Source: an uncultured Verrucomicrobiae bacterium (GTDB lineage Bacteria > Verrucomicrobiota > Verrucomicrobiia > Limisphaerales > Palsa-1400). Taken from it: a DNA stretch of 64,000 bases. Below the pieces are notes generated by a model. That model ran no database searches. It saw only the letters and a program-made list of their open reading frames with translations, and was not told where the DNA came from. The DNA is taken from assembly GCA_963764165.1 (NCBI GenBank), contig CAVXRD010000002.1, forward strand, positions 1,696,001 to 1,760,000, given 5' to 3'. This document shows, one piece after another, positions 1-9,868 of the stretch (within the stretch, counting starts at the first letter, position 1; each line of letters starts with the position of its first letter). A program made the translations under genes and the position numbers.

Positions 1-1
1 A

Positions 2-475
2 TGGGGCGCGCTCGCGGCCACTGTTTTTGTCGCGTTCAGTTTGATCGGCACAGGATTTCTCCAAGGTTCACCTGCGGCTCCTCCTGCAGCGGCCGCTGCT
101 CCTTCGGGTGGCAAGCCTTTGCCGACGAATGCATTGGCCAAAGCATCAAGCCCGACCAACGCCGCTCCAAAAGTCGCAGGCACGAACTCTCCCGTCGGCA
201 AACCCGCCGTGGCTGGCGCGCCGACCGCTCCAGTGAAGCCGAAAGAGGACATCATTTGGAAAATTGGCGATGGCAAAGGCGCAATTACCGTCCTCTCCCG
301 CGCGCCGATTGGTGACGTCCGTTTTCTCGGTGGCTACATGACCGTCGTCCCAATGGTGATCGGCTCCATTCTCTGCGTCATCATTTTCTCGCTCTTGAGC
401 AAGCCGCCGAGCCAGGCGACCATCGCAAAATATTTCGACGAAAATCCAACGCCAACCGCAACCGCCAAATTGTAA
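2..475 (+). CDS. C-terminal part of a membrane transporter, probably a sodium:solute symporter (partial, runs off the window start)
   Basis: Open frame from base 2 (WGALAATVFVAFSLIG...). Hydrophobic helices end in 'VIIFSLLSKPPSQATIAKYF', typical of SSS-family C-termini. Stop lies 5 nt before the next gene. Confidence 0.6.
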   Translation, partial: WGALAATVFVAFSLIGTGFLQGSPAAPPAAAAAPSGGKPLPTNALAKASSPTNAAPKVAGTNSPVGKPAVAGAPTAPVKPKEDIIWKIGDGKGAITVLSRAPIGDVRFLGGYMTVVPMVIGSILCVIIFSLLSKPPSQATIAKYFDENPTPTATAKL

Positions 476-480
476 TTGTA

Positions 481-1560
481 ATGTCAGAAATTGATTTATC
501 CGCCGTGGCCGCCGCCCGGCAAAAGCTGGACGCGCATGTTCGCGAAATTGTGCAATGGCATTTTTCGCCGGAAACCGGTTCGCCATTCTGGCTCGACTGG
601 GCCAAAAAAGCCGGCTGGAATCCCGCCACGGAAGTGAAGTGCTTCGGCTGCCTCGAAAAATTTCCGCATTTTCAGGACGAATGGCTGCGCGACATGCAGC
701 CGGAAGTTTGGGTGCCGCAAAAATTCAAGGGGCGCCCCTTCAACATTTTTGAAACCGGCGGCACAACCGGAATGCCAAAGCAGCGAATCGGCTGGGATGA
801 TTACAAAGTGGATTACGAGGAATTTTCCGGCAAACTTTCCGACGGGCATTTCCCCAAAGGCGGCGCGTGGCTGATGGTCGGCCCGACCGGTCCGCGGCGT
901 TTGCGCCTCGCCATCGAGCACCTCGCCAATTTTCGCGGCAGCTCGTGCTATTTCATCGATCTCGACCCGCGCTGGGTCAAGCGGGTCATTTCCGCCAAGC
1001 AGCCTGAAGTGGCGCGGGATTACATGGATCACGTCGTTCACCAAGCCGTGACGATTTTGAAGAACCGCAAAATCAGCGCCCTCTTCACGACACCTAAATT
1101 GCTGGAAGCCCTCGGCGAGAAAATCGATTTGTGGGAGGCCGGCATTCGCGGCGTGTTCTGCGGCGGCACGACGATGGCCCCGCAATACGTGCGTTACATC
1201 GTGGAAGAAGTTTTGGAGGGGCGCATTGGTTTCTATCCCACTTACGGCAACACTTTGATGGGCCTTGCCGCCAGTGTCCCGTTGCGCCCTGAGGACCAGT
1301 TCTCGATCACCTATTTCGCGCCGCAACCCCGCGCCGTCCTGCGCGTGGTCAATTCAAACAAAACCACCGAACTCGTCGAGTACGGAAAATGGGGCCGTGT
1401 CGAATTGACGACATTGACGAAGGAATTTTTCATGCCCCGCTTTCTGGAGCGCGACGAAGCCATCCGCCGCGAACCGCGCGGCCCCTATGCCTGGGACGGC
1501 GTCGCCGAAGTCCGCCCCTTCGGAGCAATGGAAAAGAACATCGTCGAAGGCGTCTATTAA
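481..1560 (+). CDS. Truncated ANL/adenylate-forming protein, GriC/EhpF-like (N-terminal domain only)
   Basis: Motifs ETGGTTGMPK (A3 loop), YGNTLMG (A5-like) and FLERD; N-terminal WHFSPETGSPFW; 359 aa with no C-terminal subdomain. Confidence 0.7.
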   Translation: MSEIDLSAVAAARQKLDAHVREIVQWHFSPETGSPFWLDWAKKAGWNPATEVKCFGCLEKFPHFQDEWLRDMQPEVWVPQKFKGRPFNIFETGGTTGMPKQRIGWDDYKVDYEEFSGKLSDGHFPKGGAWLMVGPTGPRRLRLAIEHLANFRGSSCYFIDLDPRWVKRVISAKQPEVARDYMDHVVHQAVTILKNRKISALFTTPKLLEALGEKIDLWEAGIRGVFCGGTTMAPQYVRYIVEEVLEGRIGFYPTYGNTLMGLAASVPLRPEDQFSITYFAPQPRAVLRVVNSNKTTELVEYGKWGRVELTTLTKEFFMPRFLERDEAIRREPRGPYAWDGVAEVRPFGAMEKNIVEGVY

Positions 1561-1711
1561 ACGGATTTCGCCAGCTTCAATCGTAGCCTCTGCCGATCTG
1601 GGGCTCCGTCACGGAAATTGGTCAGTCTGGGCAAGACATCCATTCTTGATTAGCGCAGGTGGATTGCCGACAATGGTTACGCAATCAATGGCCTGACGGC
1701 CCAAGCGTGGA

Positions 1712-1918
1712 TTGAACGAGCTAATATTTCTTGTCGAAGATGCGCCAGACGGAGGTTTTACCGCTCGCGCTCTAGGTCAATCGATCTTTACGGAAGCAGA
1801 CTCGCTGGATGAGCTTCGCACCAATGTGCGTGACGCTGTCCAGTGTCATTTTAATGAAGGCAAAGCCCCAAAAGTGATCCGTTTGCATTTTGTCCGCGAG
1901 GAAGTGCTGGCGAATTGA
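1712..1918 (+). CDS. Small HicB-like antitoxin protein
   Basis: 68 aa; 'IFLVEDAPDGGFTARALGQSIFTEADSLDELRTNVRDAV' fits the HicB partial RNase H fold; TTG start. Confidence 0.7.
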   Translation: MNELIFLVEDAPDGGFTARALGQSIFTEADSLDELRTNVRDAVQCHFNEGKAPKVIRLHFVREEVLAN

Positions 1919-1964
1919 TCGGTCGGCCTTTTACAAATAAGAGAGTCCTTGATGCCGCAACAGC

Positions 1965-2168
1965 TTATCGCGAGCCGCTGCGTTCGACCTTTACTGCTTT
2001 CAAAGGCGCTTCACCGAGATTGCCAGAACACTCCGACCGACCGCGAATCGCGAGCTGCCGTTCCCGCAGGGCATCAAGCAGCTTCAGCTTTTCCGCCACG
2101 GGCAGCGCCGCAAGCTTTTGCCGCATGGCGCGCTTGCTTTCCAAAATCTTCCACATCTCAAAGCTCAT
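1965..2168 (-). CDS. Small basic helical hypothetical protein, coupled to the upstream nucleotidyltransferase
   Basis: 67 aa ORF; its ATG overlaps the upstream TGA (ATGA). Confidence 0.6.
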   Translation of the reverse strand: MSFEMWKILESKRAMRQKLAALPVAEKLKLLDALRERQLAIRGRSECSGNLGEAPLKAVKVERSGSR

Positions 2169-2692
2169 CGGGAATCGCTCAGATACTGTCGCTCAAATTT
2201 GCTCCATGCGTCAAGGAGACCGTGCCGGCCCAGGATAGCTTGAAATCGGCACGCGTCAATTGTTCCAGTTTCGATAAACTGGAGGAGCCGAGCTTTGTCT
2301 TTGGCCCGCCCGGTTTGGAGCGCGATGGCGGCTAAATGCTCCGCTGTGAAGACCTGCGCCGGTGTCTCTTCTACGTCTTTGCGGAAGGATTCCCGCAATG
2401 CCTCCTCGACCAACGGATTTCCCGCCGGGAGAAACTGAACGGGCCATCCGCCTATCATCACATACTCGCCCTCCATCGCGCACCCCCTCGCCTTGAGGTA
2501 ATCAAAAATCGGCTGCGGGTTGACGATCAAACTTCCTTGTTCGGGCCTGAATGCGACAAAAATATCCACATCCAGAGTGGCGATGGGTTCCAGATAAAAT
2601 GTCGCTCCAACCGCTCCGCCGATCGCATAACGATCAAAGACTCCGTCGGCTTGCATTTGGTTAATTGTCTGGATGGCTTCTTTGACGCTCAT
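2165..2692 (-). CDS. Pol-beta-superfamily nucleotidyltransferase-like protein
   Basis: 'YAIGGAVGA...IATLDVDIF' (GG...DxD motif) and C-terminal 'GRAKD'; ATG at 2692 preferred over 2728. Confidence 0.7.
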   Translation of the reverse strand: MSVKEAIQTINQMQADGVFDRYAIGGAVGATFYLEPIATLDVDIFVAFRPEQGSLIVNPQPIFDYLKARGCAMEGEYVMIGGWPVQFLPAGNPLVEEALRESFRKDVEETPAQVFTAEHLAAIALQTGRAKDKARLLQFIETGTIDACRFQAILGRHGLLDAWSKFERQYLSDSR

Positions 2693-2837
2693 TTTCGCCT
2701 TGTGCGAATCTAAGCGAAATTTCTTCACCTGACCACAAACTTTGACCCACTTTTCCTGAGTTCGGGCGGTCCAGATTCAATTTTTCCTGGAAAATTGAAC
2801 ATTGAAGTTTCCGCAAGTCAGAGTACTTAGAGTTACG

Positions 2838-3896
2838 ATGCGTTTTATTGGTCGGATCATCGAAAAGCTCCAGCGGCATCCCAAACGGGTGGTTTTCCCG
2901 GAGGGGACCGAGCCGCGCGTGCTGCAGGCGGCGCGGCAGTTTTATTCGCTGCGCCTGGGCGCGCCCATTTTGCTGGGCGACAGGACGAAAGTGAAACAGG
3001 CGGCGGCCGAATTGAATGTTTCGCTGGAGGGTGTCCGCATCATCAATCCCGCCGAGAGCGAGGATTTGCCTGCTTTCGTCAAGCGCTACGAATTGCTGCG
3101 CCGTTTCAAGGGAATCGAGGAAAAGGAAGCTCACGAGACGATGCTCAACCCGAATTATTACGGCGCGATGATGCTGGCCATGCATCAAGTCGACGGCTTT
3201 ATTTCCGGCGCGAATCAAAGCTCCGGCAGCGTGCTGCGCCCGCTCTTCCAAATCGTCAAGGTCGCCCCGGCGGCGGCGACGGCTTCCAGTTGCATGGTGA
3301 TGGAAGTGGAGGATACGAGATTTGGGCAGGAAGGCGTTTTGTTCATGGGGGATTGCGGCGTCATTCCCGAGCCGACCGTTCAGCAATTGGCGGAAATCGC
3401 GGTGTCGACGGCACAATTGAGCCATCAGCTTCTCGGCATTCGTCCGCGGGTGGCGCTGCTTTCGTATTCGACAAAAGGGAGCGCGACGCATCCGTCCATC
3501 GGCAAGGTTCAAGCGGCCACTGCCTTAGCGCAAAAGATTGCGCACGATACCGGATTTGAGGCGGATTTCGACGGCGAACTGCAAGTGGACGCGGCGCTCG
3601 TCCCGGAAATTGCCGCCCGCAAATTGCCGGACAGCCATGTCGCCGGGCGCGCGAATGTTTTGATTTTTCCCGACCTCAATTCCGGCAATATCGCCAGCAA
3701 GTTGATCCAGCACGTCGCCAAGGCGCACGCTTACGGCCAAATCCTGCTTGGCTTGGATCGCCCGGCGGCGGACGTCTCGCGCGGCGCCAATGCGCATGAT
3801 GTCCTCGGCGTGGCCGCGATTGTCGGCCTCCAATCCATCGCCTACAAAGATTTGTATCCGCCGGATCTGGATCAAATTCACCTCCAATTAAAATAA
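2838..3896 (+). CDS. pta: Phosphate acetyltransferase (short, catalytic PTA_PTB domain only)
   Basis: VVFPEG, MGDCGVIPEP, LLSYSTKGS, DGELQVDAAL, IFPDLNSGNI, DVSRG motifs. Confidence 0.9.
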   Translation: MRFIGRIIEKLQRHPKRVVFPEGTEPRVLQAARQFYSLRLGAPILLGDRTKVKQAAAELNVSLEGVRIINPAESEDLPAFVKRYELLRRFKGIEEKEAHETMLNPNYYGAMMLAMHQVDGFISGANQSSGSVLRPLFQIVKVAPAAATASSCMVMEVEDTRFGQEGVLFMGDCGVIPEPTVQQLAEIAVSTAQLSHQLLGIRPRVALLSYSTKGSATHPSIGKVQAATALAQKIAHDTGFEADFDGELQVDAALVPEIAARKLPDSHVAGRANVLIFPDLNSGNIASKLIQHVAKAHAYGQILLGLDRPAADVSRGANAHDVLGVAAIVGLQSIAYKDLYPPDLDQIHLQLK

Positions 3897-3914
3897 GCCC
3901 GGCCCGCAGGCTTA

Positions 3915-5012
3915 ATGAGCACCATGAACACAGTCACGCCGCGCATCTTCATCGCCGCCACCCGGCAGAATGAAGGCAAAACAACCACGTCCCTCGGCTT
4001 GCTCTCCGCCCTGCAGCAATTTTATCCGCGCATCGGCTACATCAAGCCGGTCGGCCAGCGGTTCGTCGAAATCGAGGAGCAGAAAATTGACGAGGACACG
4101 GTGTTGATGGACCAGGTTTACCGGCTGAACTGCCCGCTGCCTGACATGAGCCCGATTGCGGTCGAGCCGGATTTCACGCGGAAATATCTGCAATCCTCCA
4201 ACAACGAAGCGCTCGTCAAGAAGATTATCAAGGCCTTTGACCGCGTGGCGTGGGAAAAGGATTTCGTGCTGTGCGAAGGATCGGGCCACGCGGGTGTTGG
4301 TTCCGTGTTCGATCTTTCCAACGCGCAGGTGGCGAAAATCCTCGATGCGAAAGTCATCATCATCAGCCAGGGCGGCATCGGCAAGCCGATTGACGAAGTG
4401 TATTTGAACCAGGCCGTGTTCGAGCGCGAAGGCGTCGAGGTCATCGGTGTCATCCTCAACAAAGTCACGCCGGACAAAATCGATTACATCAGCGAGTTTG
4501 CCCGGCGCGGACTTCGGCGGAAAGGATTGGAATTGCTCGGCGTGCTGCCGCATCACCACATTTTGTCGCGTCCGACGCTGGCGGCGATCCAGGTCGAATT
4601 GAACGCGCAGCCGCTCAACCGATCCCCGCATGTCAACAACATGGTTGCCAGCGTGGTCGTCGGCGCCATGAGCGCGCCGAACGCGGAAAGCCATTTCAAG
4701 CGCGGATCGCTGATCATCACGCCGGGGGACCGCGAAGACATTATCACGACAGCCCTGACCGAGCCGGTGCGGCAATTGGCGGGCATGGTGCTGACGGACA
4801 AAATCAAGCCAGCCAACGGCGTTCTGCGCATGATTGAAAACGCGCCCTTCCCGGTCCTGCTCGCCGACGAGGACAGCTACGAAGTTGCCTCCAGCGTCCA
4901 CAATCTCACTGTGAAAACGCGCGCGGCGGACACGGAAAAGATCACCCTCATCCGCGACCTCATCGCCGAAAACGTCGATGTCGCCAAAATTCTGCGCTCC
5001 CTCAAATTGTGA
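3915..5012 (+). CDS. BioD-like P-loop + DRTGG domain protein (stand-alone Pta N-terminal module)
   Basis: NEGKTT P-loop, YIKPVG, LCEGSG, IITPGDREDI (DRTGG). Confidence 0.85.
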   Translation: MSTMNTVTPRIFIAATRQNEGKTTTSLGLLSALQQFYPRIGYIKPVGQRFVEIEEQKIDEDTVLMDQVYRLNCPLPDMSPIAVEPDFTRKYLQSSNNEALVKKIIKAFDRVAWEKDFVLCEGSGHAGVGSVFDLSNAQVAKILDAKVIIISQGGIGKPIDEVYLNQAVFEREGVEVIGVILNKVTPDKIDYISEFARRGLRRKGLELLGVLPHHHILSRPTLAAIQVELNAQPLNRSPHVNNMVASVVVGAMSAPNAESHFKRGSLIITPGDREDIITTALTEPVRQLAGMVLTDKIKPANGVLRMIENAPFPVLLADEDSYEVASSVHNLTVKTRAADTEKITLIRDLIAENVDVAKILRSLKL

Positions 5013-6130
5013 AACTCCCGTTTTCCTTGAATCCGGCGCTGGAGCGGTTGCCGGTCTATCAGCCCGGCCGCCCCGTCGAGGAAGTGGCCCGCGAACTTGG
5101 CTTGCCCGTGCGAGGCGTCATTAAATTGGCGTCGAATGAAAATCCGCTCGGCCCGTCTCCCAAAGCCCTGGCGGCGATGCGCAAGGCTTTGCCCAATCTC
5201 CACATGTATCCGGACGGCAGCGCGTTCTATTTGAAGCAAAAGCTGGCCGCGAAACTGGGCGTGACCCCGGCACACCTGGTGCTCGGCAACGGCTCCAACG
5301 ACATCATTGAATTTTTGGGCCACGCGCTGCTCGGGCACGGCGATGAAATGGTTGTGTCGCAGTATTGCTTTGCGATTTATCCCATCGTGGCCAAATTGCT
5401 CGGCGCGCAAGTTGTCACCGTGCCGGCAAAGAATTACGGCCACGATTTGCCCGCCATGTTGAAAGCGGTGACGGCGCGGACGAAACTCATGTTCGTCGCC
5501 AACCCCAATAATCCGACCGGCACGATCGCCCCGGCGGAGGACGTGCGCAAATTGGTGAACGAATTGCCGGGGAACGTCGTGCTGGCAATGGATGAGGCTT
5601 ACATCGAATTTCTCGACAAGCCGGTCGATTTGCTCGCGGAGATCAAGTCGGGGCGGAAACCCAATATTATATTGCTGCGCACGTTTTCCAAGATTTATGG
5701 CCTGGCCGGATTGCGTCTCGGCTACGGCATTGCGCATCCGGAATTCATTGCGGCGCTGGAAAAAATCCGGCAGCCGTTCAATGTCAATTCGCTCGCCCAG
5801 GCCGCCGCGATGGCCGCGATGGATGACACAACGCATGTCCGAAAGACGCAGCAGAACAACATCAAGGGCCGGAAATTTCTGGAAAAGGAATTGTCCGCCA
5901 TGGGCATTGAAGTTGTTCCGACTGCGGCAAATTTTATTCTGGCAAAAGTCGGCGCGGGCCGCGAAGTCTTTGAGCAGCTTCAGCGGGCAGGGATCATTAC
6001 GCGCCCGATGGGCGGCTATCAATTGCCGGAATTCATCCGCATCTCAATAGGCGCGCCGGCGGAAAATCAGCGCTGTGTGAAAGCGTTGAAAAAAATCCTG
6101 CCGCGGAATAAACATCTTAAGAAATTGTGA
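5009..6130 (+). CDS. hisC: Histidinol-phosphate aminotransferase
   Basis: KLASNENP, NPNNPTG, DEAY, RTFSKIYGLAGLRLGY (PLP lysine). Confidence 0.95.
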   Translation: MKLPFSLNPALERLPVYQPGRPVEEVARELGLPVRGVIKLASNENPLGPSPKALAAMRKALPNLHMYPDGSAFYLKQKLAAKLGVTPAHLVLGNGSNDIIEFLGHALLGHGDEMVVSQYCFAIYPIVAKLLGAQVVTVPAKNYGHDLPAMLKAVTARTKLMFVANPNNPTGTIAPAEDVRKLVNELPGNVVLAMDEAYIEFLDKPVDLLAEIKSGRKPNIILLRTFSKIYGLAGLRLGYGIAHPEFIAALEKIRQPFNVNSLAQAAAMAAMDDTTHVRKTQQNNIKGRKFLEKELSAMGIEVVPTAANFILAKVGAGREVFEQLQRAGIITRPMGGYQLPEFIRISIGAPAENQRCVKALKKILPRNKHLKKL

Positions 6131-7410
6131 AACCTACGGATCTGCGAGGCATTCTGCAGTACATCCCGCGCTTCAGGGAAAAGATTTTTGTCATCAGCGT
6201 GGATGGAGCGATCGTGACCAGCGAGAATTTTGCCAACATTCTTCTCGACGTCGCGGTGCTGCGCTCGCTGAGCATCAAGGTGCTGCTTGTTCACGGCGCG
6301 GCCGCGCAGATCGAGATTCTGGCCCGCGAGCAAAACGTCGTTCCCTCGAACCTCGACGGCAGCGGCATCACCGATGAGGCCACCTTGAAATTAGCGTTGA
6401 CAGCAGCAAACCGCCTGACCCACGAAATTCTGGAGGGGCTGAGCGCCAACGATCTTCGCGCGGCGTCGTGCAACGCGATCATCGCGCACCCGATGGGAAT
6501 CATCCACGGGCAGGACCAATTGTTCACCGGGAAAGTCGAGCGCATCGACGCGGAAATGCTGCAGAGCCTTCTCGCGCAGGGCATTGTGCCGGTGGTGCCG
6601 CCGCTTGGGTTTGACGGCGATGGAAAAACCTACCGCGTGAATTCGGATTCCGTGGCGGTGGAATTGGCCAAGGCGCTCAGCGCCAACAAGCTCATTTACA
6701 TCACGACGATCGACGGCATTGTTTATCAGGGGAACTTGATCCAGCAGATGCTGGTGGCGGACCTGGCCAATTTGCTCTCGCACCACAAGGCCAATTTTTC
6801 GCCGGACGGCTTGTCCAAGGCGCATTTCTCGACGGTCGCCTGCCAGGCGGGCGTCCCCCGGGTTCATATCATCAACGGCCGCGTGGACGAGGCGCTGCTG
6901 GCCGAGGTGTTTTCCAACGAGGGCGTCGGAACGCTCGTTTACGCCAACGAATACCAGCAGATCCGCCGCGCGCTCAAGAAGGACATCCGCGCCATCATGT
7001 TGTTGACAAAAAATTCCGTCGCCAACGAAGAGCTTGTCAAGCGAACACGCGCCACCATCGAAAAATCAATTGGCGATTTTTACATTTTCGAGACGGACAA
7101 AAACCCCGTTGCGTGCGTGGCGCTGCATCAATTGGACACCGCCAAGGCCGAACTGGCGTGCCTCTACGTGAGCCCGTCGCACGAGAACCAGGGGATCGGC
7201 CGCAAGCTCGTGGCGTTCGCGGAATCGAAGGCGCGCGAGCTGGGCATGACGGAATTGATCACGCTCTCGACCCAGGCCTTCACGTATTTTCAATCGAAGG
7301 CGGGATTCGTCGAAGGCGCGCCGGAGGATTTGCCGCCGGCCCGCCGCGAGAAATATGAGCAGAGCGCCCGAAATTCCAAAATCCTGGTCAAGAAACTCGC
7401 GCCGAAATGA
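6127..7410 (+). CDS. argA: Amino-acid N-acetyltransferase (N-acetylglutamate synthase; AAK + GNAT domains)
   Basis: LVHGA, NSD, EVFSNEGVGT, AELACLYV...QGIG, C-terminal RNSKI; GTG overlaps the hisC stop. Confidence 0.9.
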   Translation: MKPTDLRGILQYIPRFREKIFVISVDGAIVTSENFANILLDVAVLRSLSIKVLLVHGAAAQIEILAREQNVVPSNLDGSGITDEATLKLALTAANRLTHEILEGLSANDLRAASCNAIIAHPMGIIHGQDQLFTGKVERIDAEMLQSLLAQGIVPVVPPLGFDGDGKTYRVNSDSVAVELAKALSANKLIYITTIDGIVYQGNLIQQMLVADLANLLSHHKANFSPDGLSKAHFSTVACQAGVPRVHIINGRVDEALLAEVFSNEGVGTLVYANEYQQIRRALKKDIRAIMLLTKNSVANEELVKRTRATIEKSIGDFYIFETDKNPVACVALHQLDTAKAELACLYVSPSHENQGIGRKLVAFAESKARELGMTELITLSTQAFTYFQSKAGFVEGAPEDLPPARREKYEQSARNSKILVKKLAPK

Positions 7411-7949
7411 TCGGTGTTCCCAAAGTGCTCGCGAGCGCCATTCGGGCGTGCTCGCGGCTCGGCCACCGGCCCACGCGCTACATGCTTTCCGTCACCATCT
7501 CGCGGCAGACGACGGCGCTTTTTGAGCGCGGGGCTGGCGGTTACGCGCTGAGAAAAACCTACCGCTGTTCGACGTCGAAATTCGGCATCGGCGAACAAGC
7601 AGGGTCGAACATGACGCCGCGCGGATTGCATCGCGTCGCGCGAAAAATCGGCGGCGGATGGCCCGTGGGAACGGTGTTCAAAGCGCGGCAAGTTGTCGGA
7701 TTCACCTGGCAGGGTTTGCCCGCGGCGTCGATCACGAACCGCATCATGTGGCTGGAAGGATTGGAGCCCGGCTTCAATCGCGGCGGCTCGGTGGATACTT
7801 TTCAGCGTTATGTATACATCCACGGGACGGGAAATGAAACCACGCTGGGCCGGCCCGACTCCCACGGCTGCGTTCATTTGTCCGGCTCGGATTTGCTCCC
7901 GCTCTACGACAAGCTGCCCGAAGGCACGCTCGTTTGGATCGCCGTTTGA
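7407..7949 (+). CDS. L,D-transpeptidase (YkuD) family protein
   Basis: YIHGT...SHGCVHL catalytic motif; TPRG. Confidence 0.9.
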   Translation: MIGVPKVLASAIRACSRLGHRPTRYMLSVTISRQTTALFERGAGGYALRKTYRCSTSKFGIGEQAGSNMTPRGLHRVARKIGGGWPVGTVFKARQVVGFTWQGLPAASITNRIMWLEGLEPGFNRGGSVDTFQRYVYIHGTGNETTLGRPDSHGCVHLSGSDLLPLYDKLPEGTLVWIAV

Positions 7950-7981
7950 CAACCCGCCATAAAGGGCTTTAGTTGGACATT

Positions 7982-8521
7982 ATGAAAACGATTCAAAAAC
8001 TTTGCCTCGGCATCGCCATCGCCGCGCTCTCGCTGCCGCTGATGGCCAATCCGCCTCTCAAAGTCGGCGATGCGGCGCCGATGTTCAGCGGCTTTGACCA
8101 GGACGGCAACAAATGGTCGCTGGCGGAGCAAGTCGGCAAAAGCATGGTGCTGCTTTACTTCTATCCGAAGGACAACACGCCCGGCTGCACGGCGGAAGCC
8201 TGTTCGATCCGCGATAAAATGGCCGACTTCAAACAAGCGGGCGTCGAGGTGGTCGGCGTAAGCTTCGATGACAAGGACAGCCACAAGGATTTCATTTTCA
8301 AATACAATTTGGATTTCCCGCTGCTGACGGACACCAACGGCGTCATCTCAGATGCTTACGGTGCGCGCATGGCGGGTGATCGGAAATTGGATCGGCGGGT
8401 GACTTTTCTCATCGGGCTGAACGGGAAGATTCTGCACATCACAGACTCTCCGGATCCGACGGTTCACTTAAAGGAACTTGCGGCGGCGCTGGCGGATGCC
8501 AGCACAAAGCCAACACAGTAA
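7982..8521 (+). CDS. bcp: Peroxiredoxin (Bcp/PrxQ type) with signal peptide
   Basis: YFYPKDNTPGCTAEAC motif. Confidence 0.85.
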   Translation: MKTIQKLCLGIAIAALSLPLMANPPLKVGDAAPMFSGFDQDGNKWSLAEQVGKSMVLLYFYPKDNTPGCTAEACSIRDKMADFKQAGVEVVGVSFDDKDSHKDFIFKYNLDFPLLTDTNGVISDAYGARMAGDRKLDRRVTFLIGLNGKILHITDSPDPTVHLKELAAALADASTKPTQ

Positions 8522-8532
8522 TTGGCGCGCGC

Positions 8533-8653
8533 GGCAGGGCGAAGCTCCCGCTGAGCCGTCCTATTATTCCCATCAGTCCCATTATTCCCATTTTCATGGG
8601 AGGATTCGAGTTATGGGACTCATGCGACGGCTCAGCGGGATCCCCACCCTACC
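8533..8653. repeat. REP-like family B inverted pair enclosing 9-bp-periodic family D sequence
   Basis: ggcagggcgaagctcccgctgagccgtc ... gacggctcagcgggatccccaccctacc around cccat/atggga repeats; lies between convergent genes. Confidence 0.75.
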
Positions 8654-8663
8654 GAGCCCAACG

Positions 8664-9755
8664 CTATTTGTGAGCGGTTATCCAGCCGCCGCCGAGCACC
8701 AAATCACCATCGTAAAATACGCAGGCTTGCCCCGGCGTGATGGCGCGTTGCGGAACATCGAGCGCGACGCTGGCGCGACCGTTCGCCAACGGACGAACCG
8801 TCGCACTTGTGCCGGGATGATTGTAACGAATCTTGGCCGAAGCCCGCATTTCCCCGGGCGGCTCGTCGAAGGGAATCCAATTGCAGCGCTCGACTTCAAA
8901 TGACGCGCGGTCAAGGGCCGAATCGTCGCCCACGATGACGCGATTACGCGCCGCATCCAAATCGATCACGTAAAGCGGGCGTGGTGAGGAAATCTTCAAG
9001 CCCTTCCGCTGTCCGATGGTGAAAAATTCGATCCCGTCGTGATGGCCGAGGACTTTTCCCTGCATGTCAACAATCTCGCCGCGATGCGGCTGCACCAGAT
9101 TCGCCATCGCCAGGAATTTCCCGTAATCGTTGTCGGGCACGAAGCAAATCTCCATGCTCTCCTCTTTGTCGGCGGTCTTTAATTGACACTCGCGCGCCAC
9201 TTCGCGGGTGTCTTTTTTTGTCATTTCGCCGAGCGGAAAGAGCGAGCGCTCCAGTTGGTTCTGGCGGAGCGAGAACAAGAAATAGCTTTGATCCTTGCGC
9301 GGATCATGGCCCTTGCGCAAAAGCGTGCGCGAACCATCGGCGCTTTTTTCGAGGCGCGCAAAGTGGCCGGTGGCGACGCGGTCGGCCCCCAACTGGCGGG
9401 CGCGGTCGAGCAGCGCGCCGAACTTCAGCTTCTCGTTGCACATCACGCAAGGGTTGGGCGTGCGCCCCGCCTTATATTCTTCCGCGAAATAGCCGATAAC
9501 CTGTTTGTGGAAGGCTTCCGCTTCGTCAATCAGGTAGTACGGAATGCCCAGCTTATGGCAGACTGCGCGCGCATCCATCACGGCTTGCGGCCCGCAGCAT
9601 TTGTCCTCGGCTCGGGAGACGCAGTCCTGCGGCCACAATTTCAGCGTGATGCCGACGACGTCATATCCCTGCTCCAGCAGCAAGGCCGCCGCCGCGGACG
9701 AATCCACGCCGCCGCTCATCCCGATGACCACCCGAGTTTTTTTAACATCCGACAC
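8664..9755 (-). CDS. mnmA: tRNA 2-thiouridine(34) synthase
   Basis: GMSGGVDS, GRTPNPCVMCN, ATGHF, KDQSYFL, ESMEICF, TPGQ; probable GTG start at 9755. Confidence 0.95.
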   Translation of the reverse strand: MSDVKKTRVVIGMSGGVDSSAAAALLLEQGYDVVGITLKLWPQDCVSRAEDKCCGPQAVMDARAVCHKLGIPYYLIDEAEAFHKQVIGYFAEEYKAGRTPNPCVMCNEKLKFGALLDRARQLGADRVATGHFARLEKSADGSRTLLRKGHDPRKDQSYFLFSLRQNQLERSLFPLGEMTKKDTREVARECQLKTADKEESMEICFVPDNDYGKFLAMANLVQPHRGEIVDMQGKVLGHHDGIEFFTIGQRKGLKISSPRPLYVIDLDAARNRVIVGDDSALDRASFEVERCNWIPFDEPPGEMRASAKIRYNHPGTSATVRPLANGRASVALDVPQRAITPGQACVFYDGDLVLGGGWITAHK

Positions 9756-9868
9756 GCCGGTCAAGATACCGGGAAAGACGCCAAGTGGCAATCGCAGGCC
9801 CAAACCAAATAATTGAAGTTTGCACAACGACCAATCTGTGTTTTGTTGAACTATGCAATGCGAGAGAC

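Noticed and set aside
481..1560. Phenazine biosynthetic cluster
   Set aside because: EhpF-like gene only; no phzA-G core genes in the window, and trpD looks like the ordinary housekeeping gene.
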